A stretch of 41,343 nt of DNA from Nitrospinota bacterium (GTDB lineage Bacteria > UBA8248): contig JAPPHK010000309.1 in NCBI GenBank assembly GCA_028820795.1, positions 1 through 41,343 on the forward strand, written 5' to 3'. The notes below the pieces were generated by a model, which saw nothing but the letters and a program-made list of their open reading frames with translations, searched no databases and was not told the DNA's origin. The position numbers were made by a program, and so were the translations under genes. Shown in pieces: positions 39,890 to 41,343 of this stretch. How positions within the stretch are numbered: the stretch's first letter is position 1; each line of letters starts with the position of its first letter.

Positions 39890-39919
39890 CCACTGCCTGT
39901 AAACGGGCGAAGGATGCGT
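39890..39919 (+). repeat. 30-bp direct repeat, copy 2
   Basis: ccactgcctgtaaacgggcgaaggatgcgt; 27/30 identical to 37757-37786. Confidence 0.8.
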
Positions 39920-39950
39920 TCCTGCGTCCGCGAGCGCCCGGCGCGAGCCT

Positions 39951-40592
39951 CTAGCGCTCCTTCCCCCTCCGCGCGCCTCTCTCCTGGGATATAGAAGTCC
40001 AGCGCCGCGCCGAGGCCCACGCCTCGAGGTCCTCGAGCCGGTAGCGCACCCGGGAGCCCGGCTTCCGGAACTCCGGTCCCTCGCCGCTCGCGCGGCAGCG
40101 CTCGAGCGTCTTGGGCGAGAGGCCCAGCCGGGCGGCCGCCTCCCGCGTGTCCAGAAAGTTCCCGTTCGCGGGCAAGTCTTCTCCGGCGTCGACCCCTGCA
40201 GCAGGGGTTTGCGCGGCTTCCCGTGTTGCACCGAAGGGGTCCGGAACGCCCGCCAGCCTCCCGCGGACCGCGCGGAGTTCCTCTTCCGTCGCGTTCGCCG
40301 CCATCCAGGCGCGCACCCGGTCGAAGGTTTCGAGATACGGCGAGGCCCCCCGGCGCAGCCTGCCCACGAAGGCGCGGTCCCCCAGGGCCTCCTCGCCCAG
40401 CACCGAGGCCTTGGTCCCGCTCACCGCCAGGAACGCCTCGACCTCGGCCCTGAGAAGCGGCTCAAGCGGGGGGCATCCCATGAACGCCAGCGCCCGGTCC
40501 GCCGTGCGGAGGCGCAGGGAGCGCCCCCGCGCCAGCGAGCGGAGGAAGCCGGGGTCGCCCATCGCCTCCGCCCCGAAGCGCCGCTCGCTCAT
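39951..40592 (-). CDS. DNA-binding protein with two tandem Cro-like HTH repeats and a C-terminal excisionase/HTH_17 domain
   Basis: GMSERRFGAEAMGDPGFLRSLARGRSLRLRTADR / GTKASVLGEEALGDRAFVGRLRRGASPYLETFDR; FLDTREAAARLGLSPKTLERCRASGEGPEFRKPGSRVRYRLEDLEAW; true start may be near 40650. Confidence 0.75.
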   Translation of the reverse strand: MSERRFGAEAMGDPGFLRSLARGRSLRLRTADRALAFMGCPPLEPLLRAEVEAFLAVSGTKASVLGEEALGDRAFVGRLRRGASPYLETFDRVRAWMAANATEEELRAVRGRLAGVPDPFGATREAAQTPAAGVDAGEDLPANGNFLDTREAAARLGLSPKTLERCRASGEGPEFRKPGSRVRYRLEDLEAWASARRWTSISQERGARRGKER

Positions 40593-40666
40593 CCCGCGGC
40601 GCGCGCGCCAGAGCGCGACCGCCCCCCGCAGGCGTTCGATCAGCGTCGGGCCGGTATGGCCGGGGT

Positions 40667-41343
40667 CTACCAGCGCCTCGAACCCTTGAGGAGGACGCCG
40701 CTCTCGGTATCCTCCCCGTTCGCGGGCGCGCGCAGGCTCGCCTCCAGTTCGACGTCGAAGGCGGGGCCGAGCTTCCAGCGCGCACCCGCGCGCCAGGTCT
40801 CGCCGCTCCCGGTGAGCGCCACGCCCGTGTAGGGCGTCAGCAGACCGCGCCGGAAATCGAACCCGTAGCCCACCTCGGCGTCCAGGCCCGCGCCGGGCTC
40901 GAACGCCCCGCCGGCGAGGTCCGCCGCCGCGCGCTGCGACCAGAGCCGGTCGACGCCCCCCGCCGCCGCGCCCCACGTCGAGGCGGCGCGCAGCGAGAGA
41001 CCGCGGCCCACCTCGTCCGGGGAGAAGCTCACAGACGCGCTCACCCCCCATTCCTCGTAGTCGTTCTCCTCATGAGCCAGGAGACCGCGCGCGCTGAACT
41101 CCACCGTGAGTCTTCCCGAGGCGTAGCGAAGCCCGCCGCCGAGTTCCAGGCCCGCGCCCGTCTCCGCGTCGCCCCCGTCGTAGCGCAGGCCGAGCTCGGC
41201 GGTGGGCGTGAGGGCGCCGCCCGCGAGCCTCACCTCGCGCGAACCCTCCACCACCAGGCGAAGACGGCTCGTGTCCGCTTCCGCGGCCGCGAGGCCCGCC
41301 GCCGCCTCCGATTCGGTGCGCACGAAGGCCAGGTCGCTCCTGA
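40667..41343 (-). CDS. Autotransporter-like outer-membrane beta-barrel, C-terminal part (5'-truncated by window edge)
   Basis: SRLRLVVEGS, LTPTAELGLRYDGGDAETGAGLELGGGLRY, LDAEVGYG, LTPY; amphipathic strands; terminal Trp. Confidence 0.8.
   Translation of the reverse strand, partial: RSDLAFVRTESEAAAGLAAAEADTSRLRLVVEGSREVRLAGGALTPTAELGLRYDGGDAETGAGLELGGGLRYASGRLTVEFSARGLLAHEENDYEEWGVSASVSFSPDEVGRGLSLRAASTWGAAAGGVDRLWSQRAAADLAGGAFEPGAGLDAEVGYGFDFRRGLLTPYTGVALTGSGETWRAGARWKLGPAFDVELEASLRAPANGEDTESGVLLKGSRRW

Noticed and set aside
40667-41051. N-terminal extension of the 366-aa ORF 39951..41051
   Set aside because: Out-of-frame overlap with the autotransporter coding region; low-complexity translation
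1-41343. CRISPR array, tRNA, rRNA
   Set aside because: No regularly spaced repeats or recognisable structural RNA genes found by eye

Overview
About 35 kb of this window is a dense anti-phage defence island. It lies between the end of a plasmid/ICE-like backbone (DUF4326, DUF2493/SLOG, a ribbon-helix-helix gene with upstream palindromes; 1-2.3 kb) and visibly GC-richer host-like genes (DAK2-DegV fusion, surface lipoprotein, tandem-HTH regulator, autotransporter barrel; 35.5-41.3 kb). Recognisable defence content: a tightly coupled hsdM-hsdS-ABC ATPase-HNH operon with no hsdR, a 1554-aa nuclease-STAND (Avs-like) protein, a Lit-family protease, AbiEi/AbiEii, a DUF4365-like nuclease, an HNH-degenerate ABC ATPase fusion, three HEPN or HEPN-like proteins, DUF2971, McrBC and a further PD-(D/E)xK protein. 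Decayed IS110, IS1182/IS5-like, group II intron RT, RTX and nuclease remnants are interspersed. The best candidates for uncharacterised systems are the R-less type I M/S + ATPase + HNH operon, the HNH-ATPase fusion and the ~570-aa protein with a cryptic HEPN motif. All family calls come from motif recognition by eye, not database searches. I saw no tRNA, rRNA or CRISPR array.
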